From an uncultured Solirubrobacterales bacterium (GTDB lineage Bacteria > Actinomycetota > Thermoleophilia > Solirubrobacterales > Solirubrobacteraceae): 64,000 nucleotides of DNA. Each line of letters starts with the position of its first letter. Positions within the stretch are counted from its first letter, which is position 1. The notes beneath the pieces were generated by a model. It did no database searches. It was not told the DNA's origin and saw only the letters and a list, made by a program, of their open reading frames with translations. This document shows positions 11,463 to 20,870 of the stretch, piece after piece. A program made the position numbers and the translations under genes. The stretch spans positions 5,689 to 69,688 of the forward strand of contig CAVPFS010000003.1 in NCBI GenBank assembly GCA_963703825.1, written 5' to 3'.

Positions 11463-11535
11463 CGCGCTCAGGGGTGCGGCTGGCGCGCTCAGGGGTGCGC
11501 CGCCTCACCATCGGCACATTATCCTCAGCGCTGAC

Positions 11536-12069
11536 GTGCCCCAGCAGCGGTCCAAGCGGCGCTCGCGCAAGCGACGCGGTCAAGCCTCGGCTCCCCGAGC
11601 GGTGGCCTCGACGCGCCGCGACGAGCGCACCGAGCGGCGCGTCGAAGCCGCAAAGGAGCTGCGCCGCGGCAACCGCCAGCTCGGCCGCGAGGGAGAGCGG
11701 CCCGAGAGCCCGTTCGGCGGCCTGCCGATCTCGGAGGCGGCGATCGCGATCGGGGGCGTGGGCCTCGTGATCGGCTTCATCCAGGGCGGCGGGCCGGTGG
11801 TGATCGTATCCGTGATCGTGTGCGGGCTCGGGGTGCTCGAGATCACCGGGCGCGAGCACTTCTCCGGTTACCGATCGCACACGACCCTGCTGGCCGCGAT
11901 CCCGGCGATCGCGGTCGAGACGGCGATCGGGCTGATCTTCGGGGTGCCGCACCAGCGTGCGCTGCTGTTGGTGTTCGTGGTGCCCGTGTTCGCGGTCCTG
12001 TTCTGGTTTTTGCGGCGCAAGTTCGTGTCCGCGCGCCAGGCGCGGGTCGCCCGCCCGCCCATGCCCTGA
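11536..12069 (+). CDS. Hypothetical membrane protein (basic N-terminus, about 4 TM helices)
   Basis: Hydrophobic segments and coding-like codon usage. Confidence 0.7.
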   Translation: MPQQRSKRRSRKRRGQASAPRAVASTRRDERTERRVEAAKELRRGNRQLGREGERPESPFGGLPISEAAIAIGGVGLVIGFIQGGGPVVIVSVIVCGLGVLEITGREHFSGYRSHTTLLAAIPAIAVETAIGLIFGVPHQRALLLVFVVPVFAVLFWFLRRKFVSARQARVARPPMP

Positions 12070-12077
12070 GCAGGCCG

Positions 12078-13481
12078 TCAGCCTGCCGGGGCGGTCGTCT
12101 CGGCGGCGCTGTCTTGATGCGCGCCGACAACCGGCAGGTGCAGCGCGAACACCGCGCCGCCGTCGGGCGCGTTGGCGACGGTCGCGCTGCCGCCATGCTG
12201 CTCGGTCACCTGGCGCACGATCGCCAGCCCGAGGCCGCTCCCCTGAGTGCCGCGCGCGGTGGCGCCGCGAAAGAAGCGGTCGAACACATAGGGAAGGTCG
12301 GCCTCGGGGACGCCGGGGCCGTGGTCACGGACGGTAACGCCGTCGGAATCGACGGTCAGCTCGATTGAACCTCCCGGCGGCGAGTGGCGCGCCGCGTTGT
12401 CGAGCAGGTTGTTGATCGCGCGTTCGAGCCGGGCGGCGACGCCGTCGATCGTCACCGGCTCCAGGCGTGCGTTGACCGTGGCCTCGGGGGCGTTGCGGCG
12501 CGCCCGCTCCAGTGACTCGGCCGCGACGTGGTCGAGCCGGACGTCCTCGGTCACCAGCCCGCGCTCGTCGCCGCGGGCCAGCTCGATCAGGTCACTGACG
12601 AGCGCGGTCAGCTCCTCTGACTGCTCGACCACGTCGGCCAGTAGCCGCCGGCGGTCCTCGGGCTCGAGCTCGCCGCCCTCGAGCAGCACCTCGATGTTGG
12701 TCCGCAGGCTGGTGACCGGAGTGCGCAGCTCGTGGGAGGCGTCGGCGACCAGCTGGCGCTGGGCCCGCATCGACTCGTCGAGCTCCGCCCGCGAGCCCTC
12801 GAGGCGGTCCAGCATCGAGTTGAAGCGTCGCGTGAGCGCGCCTACTTCGTCGTCGGCGTGGACCTTGATCCGGCGGCTGAGATCGTCAGTCTGGCTGATG
12901 TGCTCGGCCGCTTGGGCGACCTCAGCCAGCGGTGCCAGCACGCGACGGCCGGCGAGCCGCCCGAGCGCCGCCGCGAGCGCGATCCCGCCGACGAACACGA
13001 ATAGCAGCACCAGGCGCAGGTTCGAGAGCACGCCGTCGACGCCGTTCAGCGGGCGCGCTAGCTGCACGGCGGCCGACTCGGGCTGACCGCCGATCATCAG
13101 GTTTGCGTGGAAGGTCAGGACCCGGAGGTGGTCGTGGCCGACGTACTCGTCGCTGAGGAACGAGCCGCCCTGACCCTTTGCGACGGCGCGCGTGTGAGGC
13201 GTCACCGGAAGCGCGACGTCGCCGTCATAAGGACCGGACGGGCCGTTGGCGAGCACGAAGTCCACGTAAGGCGCGGGGCCGCCGGCGCTGGCGGGGATGC
13301 CAGGCAACGAGCGGCTGATCACGTGCGAGTGCAGCGCGACCGTCTCCTGGGCGCGCAGCGCGCTGTCGATCTGGCCGCGGAGCTGGTCACGGACGACCAG
13401 GTAGCAGATCATGCATGCGACAAGGACGGCCGCCGCGACCGAAGCCGCGCAGATCAGCGCCAGTCGTCGCCGGAGCGACAC
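12078..13481 (-). CDS. HAMP-domain sensor histidine kinase (MprB-like)
   Basis: ADASHELRTP, NLLDNA, DHGPG, GSGLGL. Confidence 0.92.
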   Translation of the reverse strand: MSLRRRLALICAASVAAAVLVACMICYLVVRDQLRGQIDSALRAQETVALHSHVISRSLPGIPASAGGPAPYVDFVLANGPSGPYDGDVALPVTPHTRAVAKGQGGSFLSDEYVGHDHLRVLTFHANLMIGGQPESAAVQLARPLNGVDGVLSNLRLVLLFVFVGGIALAAALGRLAGRRVLAPLAEVAQAAEHISQTDDLSRRIKVHADDEVGALTRRFNSMLDRLEGSRAELDESMRAQRQLVADASHELRTPVTSLRTNIEVLLEGGELEPEDRRRLLADVVEQSEELTALVSDLIELARGDERGLVTEDVRLDHVAAESLERARRNAPEATVNARLEPVTIDGVAARLERAINNLLDNAARHSPPGGSIELTVDSDGVTVRDHGPGVPEADLPYVFDRFFRGATARGTQGSGLGLAIVRQVTEQHGGSATVANAPDGGAVFALHLPVVGAHQDSAAETTAPAG

Positions 13482-13490
13482 GTGGCGCTC

Positions 13491-14168
13491 CTAATCCCGC
13501 AGCACGTAGCCGACTCCCCGGACCGTGTGCAGCAGCCGCGGCTCGCCGCCGGCTTCGGTCTTACGGCGCAGGTAGCCCATATAGACGCCGAGGGCGTTCG
13601 ACGTCGGGCCAAAGTCGTACCCCCAGACGTTCTCGAAGATCGTCGTTCGGGTCAGCACCTGGCGGGGGTGGCGCAAGAACAGCTCGAGCAGCAGGAACTC
13701 GGTCCGGGACAGCTCCACCAGGCGATCGCCGCGGTGGACCTCGTGCGCGACCGGGTCGAGCTCGAGGTCGGCGTAGCGCAGCACCTCGGTGCCCTCGGAG
13801 CCGTCACCGGCGCGGCGCAGCAGCGCGCGCAGGCGAGCCTGGAGCTCGCGCAGCGCGAACGGCTTGACCAGGTAGTCGTCGGCGCCGACGTCGAGCCCCT
13901 CGACGCGGTCGTCGATCGCGTCGCGGGCGGTCAGCATCAGGACCGGGGTGTGATCGCCGGCCTTGCGAAGCCGGCGGCAGACCTCGAGACCGTCGAGCTT
14001 GGGCATCAGGATGTCGAGGATCACCGCGTCGGCGGGCGAGTCGGCGAGCGCGTCCAGCGCCTGCTCCCCGTCAGCCGCGAGCGTGACCTCGTGGTTCTCG
14101 AGCCGCAACGCGCGCTCGAGTGCCCTGCGGACCGCGGGCTCGTCGTCGACTACAAGTACGTGCGCCAT
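13491..14168 (-). CDS. Response regulator (MprA-like)
   Basis: [45 protein letters not shown]. Confidence 0.92.
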   Translation of the reverse strand: MAHVLVVDDEPAVRRALERALRLENHEVTLAADGEQALDALADSPADAVILDILMPKLDGLEVCRRLRKAGDHTPVLMLTARDAIDDRVEGLDVGADDYLVKPFALRELQARLRALLRRAGDGSEGTEVLRYADLELDPVAHEVHRGDRLVELSRTEFLLLELFLRHPRQVLTRTTIFENVWGYDFGPTSNALGVYMGYLRRKTEAGGEPRLLHTVRGVGYVLRD

Positions 14169-14225
14169 GAGCAGATGATCGCGCGTGCGGGTAAAAGTTC
14201 GTGAAGAAGCGCTTGCAACGCGACC

Positions 14226-14993
14226 TCAGCCAAGCTCCAACAGCAGCGGCGCATGGTCGGAGGGCTTGGAGCCCTTGCGGTAGTCGCGGTCGATCCCGCA
14301 GCTGACCAGCTTCGGCGCCAGCCCAGAGCTGACCAGCGCGAGGTCGATCCGTAGGCCGAGACCCTTGTGGAAGTTGCCGGCGCGGTAGTCCCACCACGTG
14401 TACTGGACCGTCTCGGGGTGCAGGAGGCGGTAGGCGTCGACGAACCCCGCGTCGAGGATCCGCTCCAGGCGGCCTCGCTCCTCCGCCGTCACGTGCGTCC
14501 CACCGGCGAACGCCGCCGGGTCATAGACGTCGATGTCGGCGGGGGCGATGTTCATGTCGCCGGCGACGATCGCGGGCGCGCCGTCGAGGGCTCTGGCGCG
14601 CTCGACGACCGCGTCCAGGAACGCCAGCTTGCGCGGGAACTCGGGGCTGTCGAGCGTCCGCCCGTTGGGGACATAGACGCTCGCGAAGCGGATCCCGGCG
14701 ACGGTTGCTTCGCACCAGCGCGCCTCGCCGTCGACCGGGTCGCCAGCGAGATGCAGCTGCGGCTCGGAGAGCTCGAGCCCCGTGTGGGCGAGCAGCGCGA
14801 CGCCCGCCCACTGGCCGGCGGAGTGGTGCACTGACTCGTAGCCTGCGCCGAGCAGCTCGAGCGCCGGGAAGTTGTCAGGCGCACATTTGGTCTCCTGCAG
14901 GCAGGCGACGTCGGGCTGGTGCTCGGCGAGCAGCTCGAGCACGCGGGGCATCCGCGCCCGCAGCGAGTTGACGTTCCAGGTCACGATCCGCAC
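14226..14993 (-). CDS. xth: Exodeoxyribonuclease III / AP endonuclease
   Basis: TWNVNS, CLQETK, SVYVPNG, GDMNIAP, GLRIDL, SDHAP. Confidence 0.95.
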   Translation of the reverse strand: MRIVTWNVNSLRARMPRVLELLAEHQPDVACLQETKCAPDNFPALELLGAGYESVHHSAGQWAGVALLAHTGLELSEPQLHLAGDPVDGEARWCEATVAGIRFASVYVPNGRTLDSPEFPRKLAFLDAVVERARALDGAPAIVAGDMNIAPADIDVYDPAAFAGGTHVTAEERGRLERILDAGFVDAYRLLHPETVQYTWWDYRAGNFHKGLGLRIDLALVSSGLAPKLVSCGIDRDYRKGSKPSDHAPLLLELG

Positions 14994-15001
14994 TCAGACC
15001 G

Positions 15002-15023
15002 AGCTTAGTCAGACACGTACGAT
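15002..15023. promoter_or_regulatory. Back-to-back -10 elements for xth and ligD
   Basis: TAAGCT (minus, 15002-15007) and TACGAT (plus, 15018-15023), each 8 nt from a GTG start. Confidence 0.55.
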
Positions 15024-15031
15024 CAGCGTCA

Positions 15032-17428
15032 GTGTCAGAGCCCGTGCCCGAGGACAAACTGCCCGAGGACAAACTGCGCACCTACCGCCGCAAGCGCGAC
15101 TTCGCGGCGACGTCGGAGCCCTCCGGGACGACGGCGCGCGGCGAGGGCTCGCAGGCCCCGCGGTTCGTCGTCCAGGAGCACCACGCGACCCGCCTGCACT
15201 GGGACCTGCGGCTCGAGCACGACGGGGTCGCGGTCTCGTGGGCGATCCCGAATGGGATCCCACCGTCGCCGAAGGAGAACCGGCTCGCGGTCCACACCGA
15301 GGATCACCCGCTCCAGTACCTCGCCTTCGAGGGCGAGATCCCGGCCGGCGAGTACGGGGCCGGCACGATGACGGTCTGGGATCACGGGACCTACGAGACG
15401 CACGAGTTCAATGACCACAAGGTCAAGGTCACCTTCCACGGCGAGCGGCTGCGAGGTCGCTACGGGCTGTTCCCAATCGGCCGCGGCCCGGACGCGGCCA
15501 AGGACTGGATGATCCACCGCATGGATCCGCCGGATGACCCGGCGCGCGAGCCGATGCCCGAGCGGATCCTGCCGATGCTCGCGGGCGCCGGCTCGCTGCC
15601 CAAGCCGGAGGCGGGGTGGTCCTTCGAGGTCAAGTGGGACGGCGTGCGCGCGATCGCCTACTGCAAGCCCGGTCGCCTGCGGCTCGAGAGCCGCAACCTG
15701 CGTGAGATCACTGACAGCTATCCCGAGGTGCGCGCGCTCCTGCGCGACCTGGGGATGCACGAGGCAGTGCTCGACGGCGAGCTGGTGGCGTTCGACGACG
15801 ACGGCCGCCCGAGCTTTGAGCGCCTCCAGCGCCGGATGAACGTGACCTCGGCGAGCTCGGTCAGGCGGCTGGCGGCGAGCACGCCGGTCGTCTACGCGAT
15901 CTTCGACCTGCTCTATCTCGACGGCCACAACCTGATGACGCTGCCCTACGAGCAGCGCCGCGAGCGCCTCGAGCAGCTCGAGCTGGGCGGCCCGGCTTGG
16001 CGCGTCCCGGCGACTCACGCGGGCAACGGCGAGCGGCTGCTGCAGGCGACCGCCGCGCAGGGGCTCGAGGGCGTCGTCGCCAAGCGCCTGGGGTCGCGGT
16101 ATGAGCCGGGGCGCCGGACGGGCGCCTGGATCAAGATCAAGCACACCCGCCGCCAGGAGCTCGTGATCGGCGGCTGGCTGCCCGGCGAGGGCCGCCGCAC
16201 TGATCGGATCGGCGCGCTCCTGATGGGCTACTTCGAGGACGGCCGGTTTCGTTACGCGGGGCGGGTGGGGACCGGGTTCACGGACCGCACGCTCGAACAG
16301 CTGGGCGCCAAGCTGGCGCCGCTGCGCCGCGACGAGGCCGCCTTTGACCCGCTCCCCAAGCTGCCGCGCAACGCGGTCTTCGTGGCGCCGGAGCTGGTCG
16401 CCGAGATCGAGTTTCGCGAGTGGACCTCGGACGGGGTGATGCGGGCGCCCTCATACAAGGGGCTCCGTGACGACAAGCCGTCGGCCGCCGTCGCCCGCGA
16501 GAGCGGCGATCTGTTCGAGCAGCTCGAGCGCCTCCCGGACGGGGCGCTGGCCGTGCTCGCCGACGGCCGGCGGCTGAAGATCACCAACTGGGACAAGGTC
16601 CTGTTCCCGCAGACCGGCTTCACGAAGGGCGACCTGATCACCTACTACGCGCGGATCGCGCCGGCCGTGGTCCCGCATTTGCGCGACCGGCCGCTGACAC
16701 TCAAGCGCTACCCGAACGGCGTGCAGGAGCCCTATTTCTACGAGAAGCAGTCCCCGGCGCACCGCCCCGACTGGGTACAGACGGTGAAGATCGGCGGCGT
16801 CAACTACACACTTGCCCAGGACCGCCCAACGCTGATCTGGCTCGCCAACCTGGCCGACGTCGAGCTCCACACCTCGCTCGCGCTCGCGGACGAGCCGCAG
16901 CGACCGACGATGCTCGTGTTCGACCTCGACCCCGGGCCCCCGGCGGCGCTCGTCGAATGCTGCGAAGTGGCGCTCGTGCTGCGCGGGCTGTTCGGCCAGC
17001 TCGGGCTCGAGAGCTTCGTCAAGACCTCGGGCTCGAAGGGGATGCAGGTCTATGTGCCGCTCAACGGCCCGACCAGCTACGACCAGACCAAGCCGTTCGC
17101 CCGGCGGATCGCGGAGCTGCTCGAGCAGCGGCTGCCCGAGCTGGTCGTGTCGCGGATGACCAAGCGGCTGCGGGCGGGGCGGGTGCTGGTCGATTGGAGC
17201 CAGAACGACGCGCACAAGACGACCGTGACCGTCTACTCGGTTCGCGCGCGCGAGCGCGCGACGGTCTCGACGCCCGTCACCTGGGACGAGGTCTCCGCCT
17301 GCCGCGACTCCCGAGACCCTGAGCTGCTGACGTTCGACACCGAGCAGGTGCTCGCCCGGCACGAGCGCGACGGCGACCTGTTCGCGCCGCTGTTGAGCCT
17401 CGAGCAGCGGCTGCCGGCGATGAGCTGA
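15032..17428 (+). CDS. ligD: NHEJ DNA ligase D (phosphoesterase-ligase-polymerase)
   Basis: FVVQEHHATRLHWDLRLE; EVKWDG; EGVVAK; TKGDLITYY, FDLDPG, KTSGSKG. Confidence 0.95.
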   Translation: MSEPVPEDKLPEDKLRTYRRKRDFAATSEPSGTTARGEGSQAPRFVVQEHHATRLHWDLRLEHDGVAVSWAIPNGIPPSPKENRLAVHTEDHPLQYLAFEGEIPAGEYGAGTMTVWDHGTYETHEFNDHKVKVTFHGERLRGRYGLFPIGRGPDAAKDWMIHRMDPPDDPAREPMPERILPMLAGAGSLPKPEAGWSFEVKWDGVRAIAYCKPGRLRLESRNLREITDSYPEVRALLRDLGMHEAVLDGELVAFDDDGRPSFERLQRRMNVTSASSVRRLAASTPVVYAIFDLLYLDGHNLMTLPYEQRRERLEQLELGGPAWRVPATHAGNGERLLQATAAQGLEGVVAKRLGSRYEPGRRTGAWIKIKHTRRQELVIGGWLPGEGRRTDRIGALLMGYFEDGRFRYAGRVGTGFTDRTLEQLGAKLAPLRRDEAAFDPLPKLPRNAVFVAPELVAEIEFREWTSDGVMRAPSYKGLRDDKPSAAVARESGDLFEQLERLPDGALAVLADGRRLKITNWDKVLFPQTGFTKGDLITYYARIAPAVVPHLRDRPLTLKRYPNGVQEPYFYEKQSPAHRPDWVQTVKIGGVNYTLAQDRPTLIWLANLADVELHTSLALADEPQRPTMLVFDLDPGPPAALVECCEVALVLRGLFGQLGLESFVKTSGSKGMQVYVPLNGPTSYDQTKPFARRIAELLEQRLPELVVSRMTKRLRAGRVLVDWSQNDAHKTTVTVYSVRARERATVSTPVTWDEVSACRDSRDPELLTFDTEQVLARHERDGDLFAPLLSLEQRLPAMS

Positions 17429-17572
17429 TCAAAGCCCCCGAGTAGCGCCGTTGCGGCGGCCCGATCGCGGGCGCGGGGGCTGACACACCCGAGCACGTGA
17501 AGGAATCGTGAAACGTGAGGCCGGGCCGCACGAGCCCAGGTGTCGAACATGCTTAGGATTGACAGACCAACG

Positions 17573-17863
17573 ATGGATCCGATCACGCTCCGCAACAGAC
17601 TGCTTGTCGCCACCGGGATGTGGAAGGAGGCGACCGGGGAGCCGTTACCGCGGCTCGCGCCCGGCGATCCGGCCGATCAGATCCAGGACTTCGAGCTGCA
17701 GCTCGTCGACCGTCTATGGGAGAGCGCGACCCCGGAGAACGCGCGCGAGATCGCCGACCGCACCTGGGACCTCGTCCACGATCGCGGAGACAACGACCCG
17801 GTCAAGCAGCGCGTGGTCGAGTGTCACGAGGCGCTCGCGCGGATCACGCGGCTGGGCGACTGA
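17573..17863 (+). CDS. Small hypothetical protein
   Basis: Clean ORF with coding-like codon usage. Confidence 0.65.
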   Translation: MDPITLRNRLLVATGMWKEATGEPLPRLAPGDPADQIQDFELQLVDRLWESATPENAREIADRTWDLVHDRGDNDPVKQRVVECHEALARITRLGD

Positions 17864-17884
17864 GCGGCCACTCGCGGAGCGCGG

Positions 17885-18271
17885 ATGCGCCACGAACGTC
17901 ACTACACGCTCGAGCAGGCACGGGCCGTAATGGGCTGGGTCGCTGAGCGCGTCGCCCGAGTACGCGACGCCTACCTGGAGCTGGTCGGGATCGGGTCACG
18001 CGCGCGCGAGGGGATCGCTGCGCTCGACGAGCGCTCGGGAGGCTCGTACCCCGGCCGCGAGGTCGCCCGGCCTCTGGTGGCGCTCAGCCGGGCCGCCGGT
18101 GAGCTCGAGGCCGTCGACATAGTCCTCCGGGATCCGAGCCGGGGGCTCGTCGACTTCCCCGCCCTGCGCGGCGAAGAGGAGATCTACCTCTGCTGGCTGG
18201 TCGACGAAGAGGACGAGATCGGCTTCTGGCACGAGCCGGACGCGGGGTTCGCGGGCCGGCGCCCGCTGTGA
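17885..18271 (+). CDS. DUF2203 family protein
   Basis: YTLEQA, GLVDFP, IYLCW, WHEPDAGFAGRRPL. Confidence 0.85.
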   Translation: MRHERHYTLEQARAVMGWVAERVARVRDAYLELVGIGSRAREGIAALDERSGGSYPGREVARPLVALSRAAGELEAVDIVLRDPSRGLVDFPALRGEEEIYLCWLVDEEDEIGFWHEPDAGFAGRRPL

Positions 18272-18305
18272 CGCCCGAGCGCCCTCTCTGACCTCGGCGG
18301 AGCTC

Positions 18306-20339
18306 TCAGCCGGTCTGCTGGATGACCGGCACTGACTCCTCCGGCTGCGCCTCCGCGTTGCGGTTCATCCCAGCGGCTTCGTAGGCGTCGGCTTGGTCGA
18401 GCGTCTCGTGCTCGAGCAGCGCCGCCACCAGCGCGTCTAGGTTCGCGCGGTGCGTCGTCAGCACCTCGATCGCCTCCTCGTGCGCGGACTCGACGATCCG
18501 CCGGACCTCCTCGTCGACCAGCCGCTGGGTCTGCTGCGAGGTCTCGCTGACCCCCGGCAAGAGCGGCCCCATGCCGTCGGCCGGCAGCACCGCGATCGGC
18601 CCGATCGCGGGGCTCATACCCCAGCGCCCGACCATGTGGCGCGCGATCCGCGTCAGCTGCTGGATGTCCGATTCGGCGCCGGTCGTGAGGTCCCCGAACA
18701 CGACCTCCTCGGCGGCGCGGCCGCCGAGCGCGACCTTGATCTGCGCCAGCAGGTGGCGCTCGTCGAAGTTGAAGCGGTCCGCGTCGGGCGCCGAGAAGGT
18801 GACGCCGAGCGCCTGGCCGCGAGGGATGATCGAGACCTTGCGGACCGGGTCGGCCCCCGGAGTCAGCATCCCCATGATCGCGTGGCCGGCCTCGTGGTAG
18901 GCGGTCCGTCGCCGATCCTCGTCGGAGATCATCACCTTGCGCGCCGCCCCGAGCACGATCCGCTCGAGCGCGTCACTCAGATCCTGGCGAGCGACCTTGA
19001 TGTGGCTGCGCTTGGCTGCCAGCAGCGCCGCCTCGTTGGCGACGTTTGCGAGGTCGGCACCCACCATCCCCGGCGTCGAGGCCGCGATCGCACTGAGGTC
19101 GACGTCGGCGGCGAGCGGCACCGCACGGGTATGCACGCGCAGGATCGCTTCCCGTCCGGCGCGGTCAGGCGACGAGACCGCGACGCGCCGATCGAACCGC
19201 CCCGGCCGCAGCAGCGCCGGGTCGAGGATCTCGGGCCGGTTGGTGGCGCCGAGCACGATCACGCTCTCGCGCGGGCTGAAGCCGTCCATCTCGGTCAGGA
19301 TCTGGTTGAGCGTCTGCTCGCGCTCGTCGTGGCCACCGGAGATGTTGGGGCCGCCGGACGCGCGGGAGCGGCCGACCGCGTCGAGCTCGTCAATGAAGAT
19401 GATCGCCGGCGCAGCCTGCTTGGCCTGCGCGAACAAGTCGCGGACCCGCGACGCGCCGACACCGACGATCATCTCGACGAACTCGGACGCCGACATCTGG
19501 AAGAACGGCACGGCCGCCTCACCCGCGACCGCGCGCGCGAGCAGCGTCTTGCCGGTCCCGGGCGCGCCGCTCAGCAGCACGCCGCGCGGGATCCGGGCGC
19601 CGAGCTTGAGGTACTTGTCGGGTTCGCGCAGGAAGTCGACGATCTCCGAGAGCTCCTCCTTGGCCTCGTCGATCCCGGCCACGTCCTGGAACGTGATCTG
19701 CTGGTCCGACGCCTCGACGCGCCGCGCTCGCGAGCGCCCGAACGACATCAGGCCGCCGGCGCCGCCGCCGCCGCTCGCCCGCCGCATGAGCACAACGAAC
19801 AGCACGACCAGCAGCAGCGTCGGGCCGAAGCCGAAGATCAAGCTCTCCAACGTCGACGGCCCGCTGCTGGGCGCCTGGGCGTCGATCGTCACGCCCTCGT
19901 CCTGAAGCAGGCTCGAGAGTTGTGAGTTGTTGGCGAACGACGGGACCTGGGTCGAGAAGCTCGTCGTCGCCGGCGCGCTGGTGTCATCGGCGGGATAGCG
20001 CAGCGCCTTCTTGAAAGTGCCCTGGATCGAGTCGCTGGTCGACGAGATCTGCTCCACGTTGCCGCTCTTGACCTCGGTCAGAAAGGTCGGGCTGTAGGGG
20101 ATCCTGACCGGCGCGTTGGGCTTCAGCGCCTCTGACGAGATCCACAGGTTGAGCCCGAGCAGCAACACCACCACGCCCGCGATCCACCAGCGCGATCGTG
20201 CCGGTGAGGGGCGTTTGCCGTTATGGCCGCCACGGCCGTCGGGAGCGGGCGTCACCCGCCATCCCGGGGGCCGGTTGGCGGGCGGGGACGGCTGCTCCCG
20301 GTTGTTTGTCGGGGCTCGACGCTGCGACTGATCTGCCAT
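18306..20339 (-). CDS. ftsH: ATP-dependent zinc metalloprotease FtsH
   Basis: Two TM helices, [32 protein letters not shown]. Confidence 0.95.
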   Translation of the reverse strand: MADQSQRRAPTNNREQPSPPANRPPGWRVTPAPDGRGGHNGKRPSPARSRWWIAGVVVLLLGLNLWISSEALKPNAPVRIPYSPTFLTEVKSGNVEQISSTSDSIQGTFKKALRYPADDTSAPATTSFSTQVPSFANNSQLSSLLQDEGVTIDAQAPSSGPSTLESLIFGFGPTLLLVVLFVVLMRRASGGGGAGGLMSFGRSRARRVEASDQQITFQDVAGIDEAKEELSEIVDFLREPDKYLKLGARIPRGVLLSGAPGTGKTLLARAVAGEAAVPFFQMSASEFVEMIVGVGASRVRDLFAQAKQAAPAIIFIDELDAVGRSRASGGPNISGGHDEREQTLNQILTEMDGFSPRESVIVLGATNRPEILDPALLRPGRFDRRVAVSSPDRAGREAILRVHTRAVPLAADVDLSAIAASTPGMVGADLANVANEAALLAAKRSHIKVARQDLSDALERIVLGAARKVMISDEDRRRTAYHEAGHAIMGMLTPGADPVRKVSIIPRGQALGVTFSAPDADRFNFDERHLLAQIKVALGGRAAEEVVFGDLTTGAESDIQQLTRIARHMVGRWGMSPAIGPIAVLPADGMGPLLPGVSETSQQTQRLVDEEVRRIVESAHEEAIEVLTTHRANLDALVAALLEHETLDQADAYEAAGMNRNAEAQPEESVPVIQQTG

Positions 20340-20379
20340 CGCACAGATTGTGGCAAGGAGCGAGCGCGGCCGAAAGCGC

Positions 20380-20754
20380 TCAGACCGCATCGAGCATCGT
20401 GCGGAACGTCTCCGCGCCCTGCACGCCGGCACCCAGCGCGCCCGCCCGGTCGGCCAGCCAGCGGTCGGAGGTTACGACGCGCACAAGCTCGGGGCGGGGC
20501 TCGAGCTTCAGCCGGCGCATGATCTCGTCGTCGGCGGCGTCCCGTTTCGGGCGCGGCGCGTGGGCGATCTCCACCACGGTCGAGCGGATCGGCGGCGACG
20601 GCCTGCGTTCGAAAACGACGACCACGTCATCGCCCTCGGCCGCAACCCAGCGCTCGAGCAGGTCAACAAGCCGGTGCATCGCGGCGTCGCGGTCGCGCCA
20701 CCAGCCGTCCGGCCGGGCTCCGATCACGTTCATGCCGTCGATGAACCAGCGCAT
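20380..20754 (-). CDS. NYN (YacP-like) PIN-fold protein
   Basis: IDGMNVIG, AADDEI, VVTSD. Confidence 0.8.
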   Translation of the reverse strand: MRWFIDGMNVIGARPDGWWRDRDAAMHRLVDLLERWVAAEGDDVVVVFERRPSPPIRSTVVEIAHAPRPKRDAADDEIMRRLKLEPRPELVRVVTSDRWLADRAGALGAGVQGAETFRTMLDAV

Positions 20755-20870
20755 CCTGATCCAGTCGCCCTGAGCAGCCGGGAGTGTGGGAAGGGGGCGA
20801 GCAGGGTAGCTACGGGACCGAGTTTGGGCAATTTTCGATCGCCGGACCGATGAGTGAGGAGCGTATAGGC

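Noticed and set aside
18450-19925. Long antisense ORFs here and elsewhere (e.g. 2836-4434, 38161-39561)
   Set aside because: Shadow ORFs expected in roughly 70% GC DNA; Arg/Ala-rich with no recognisable motifs.
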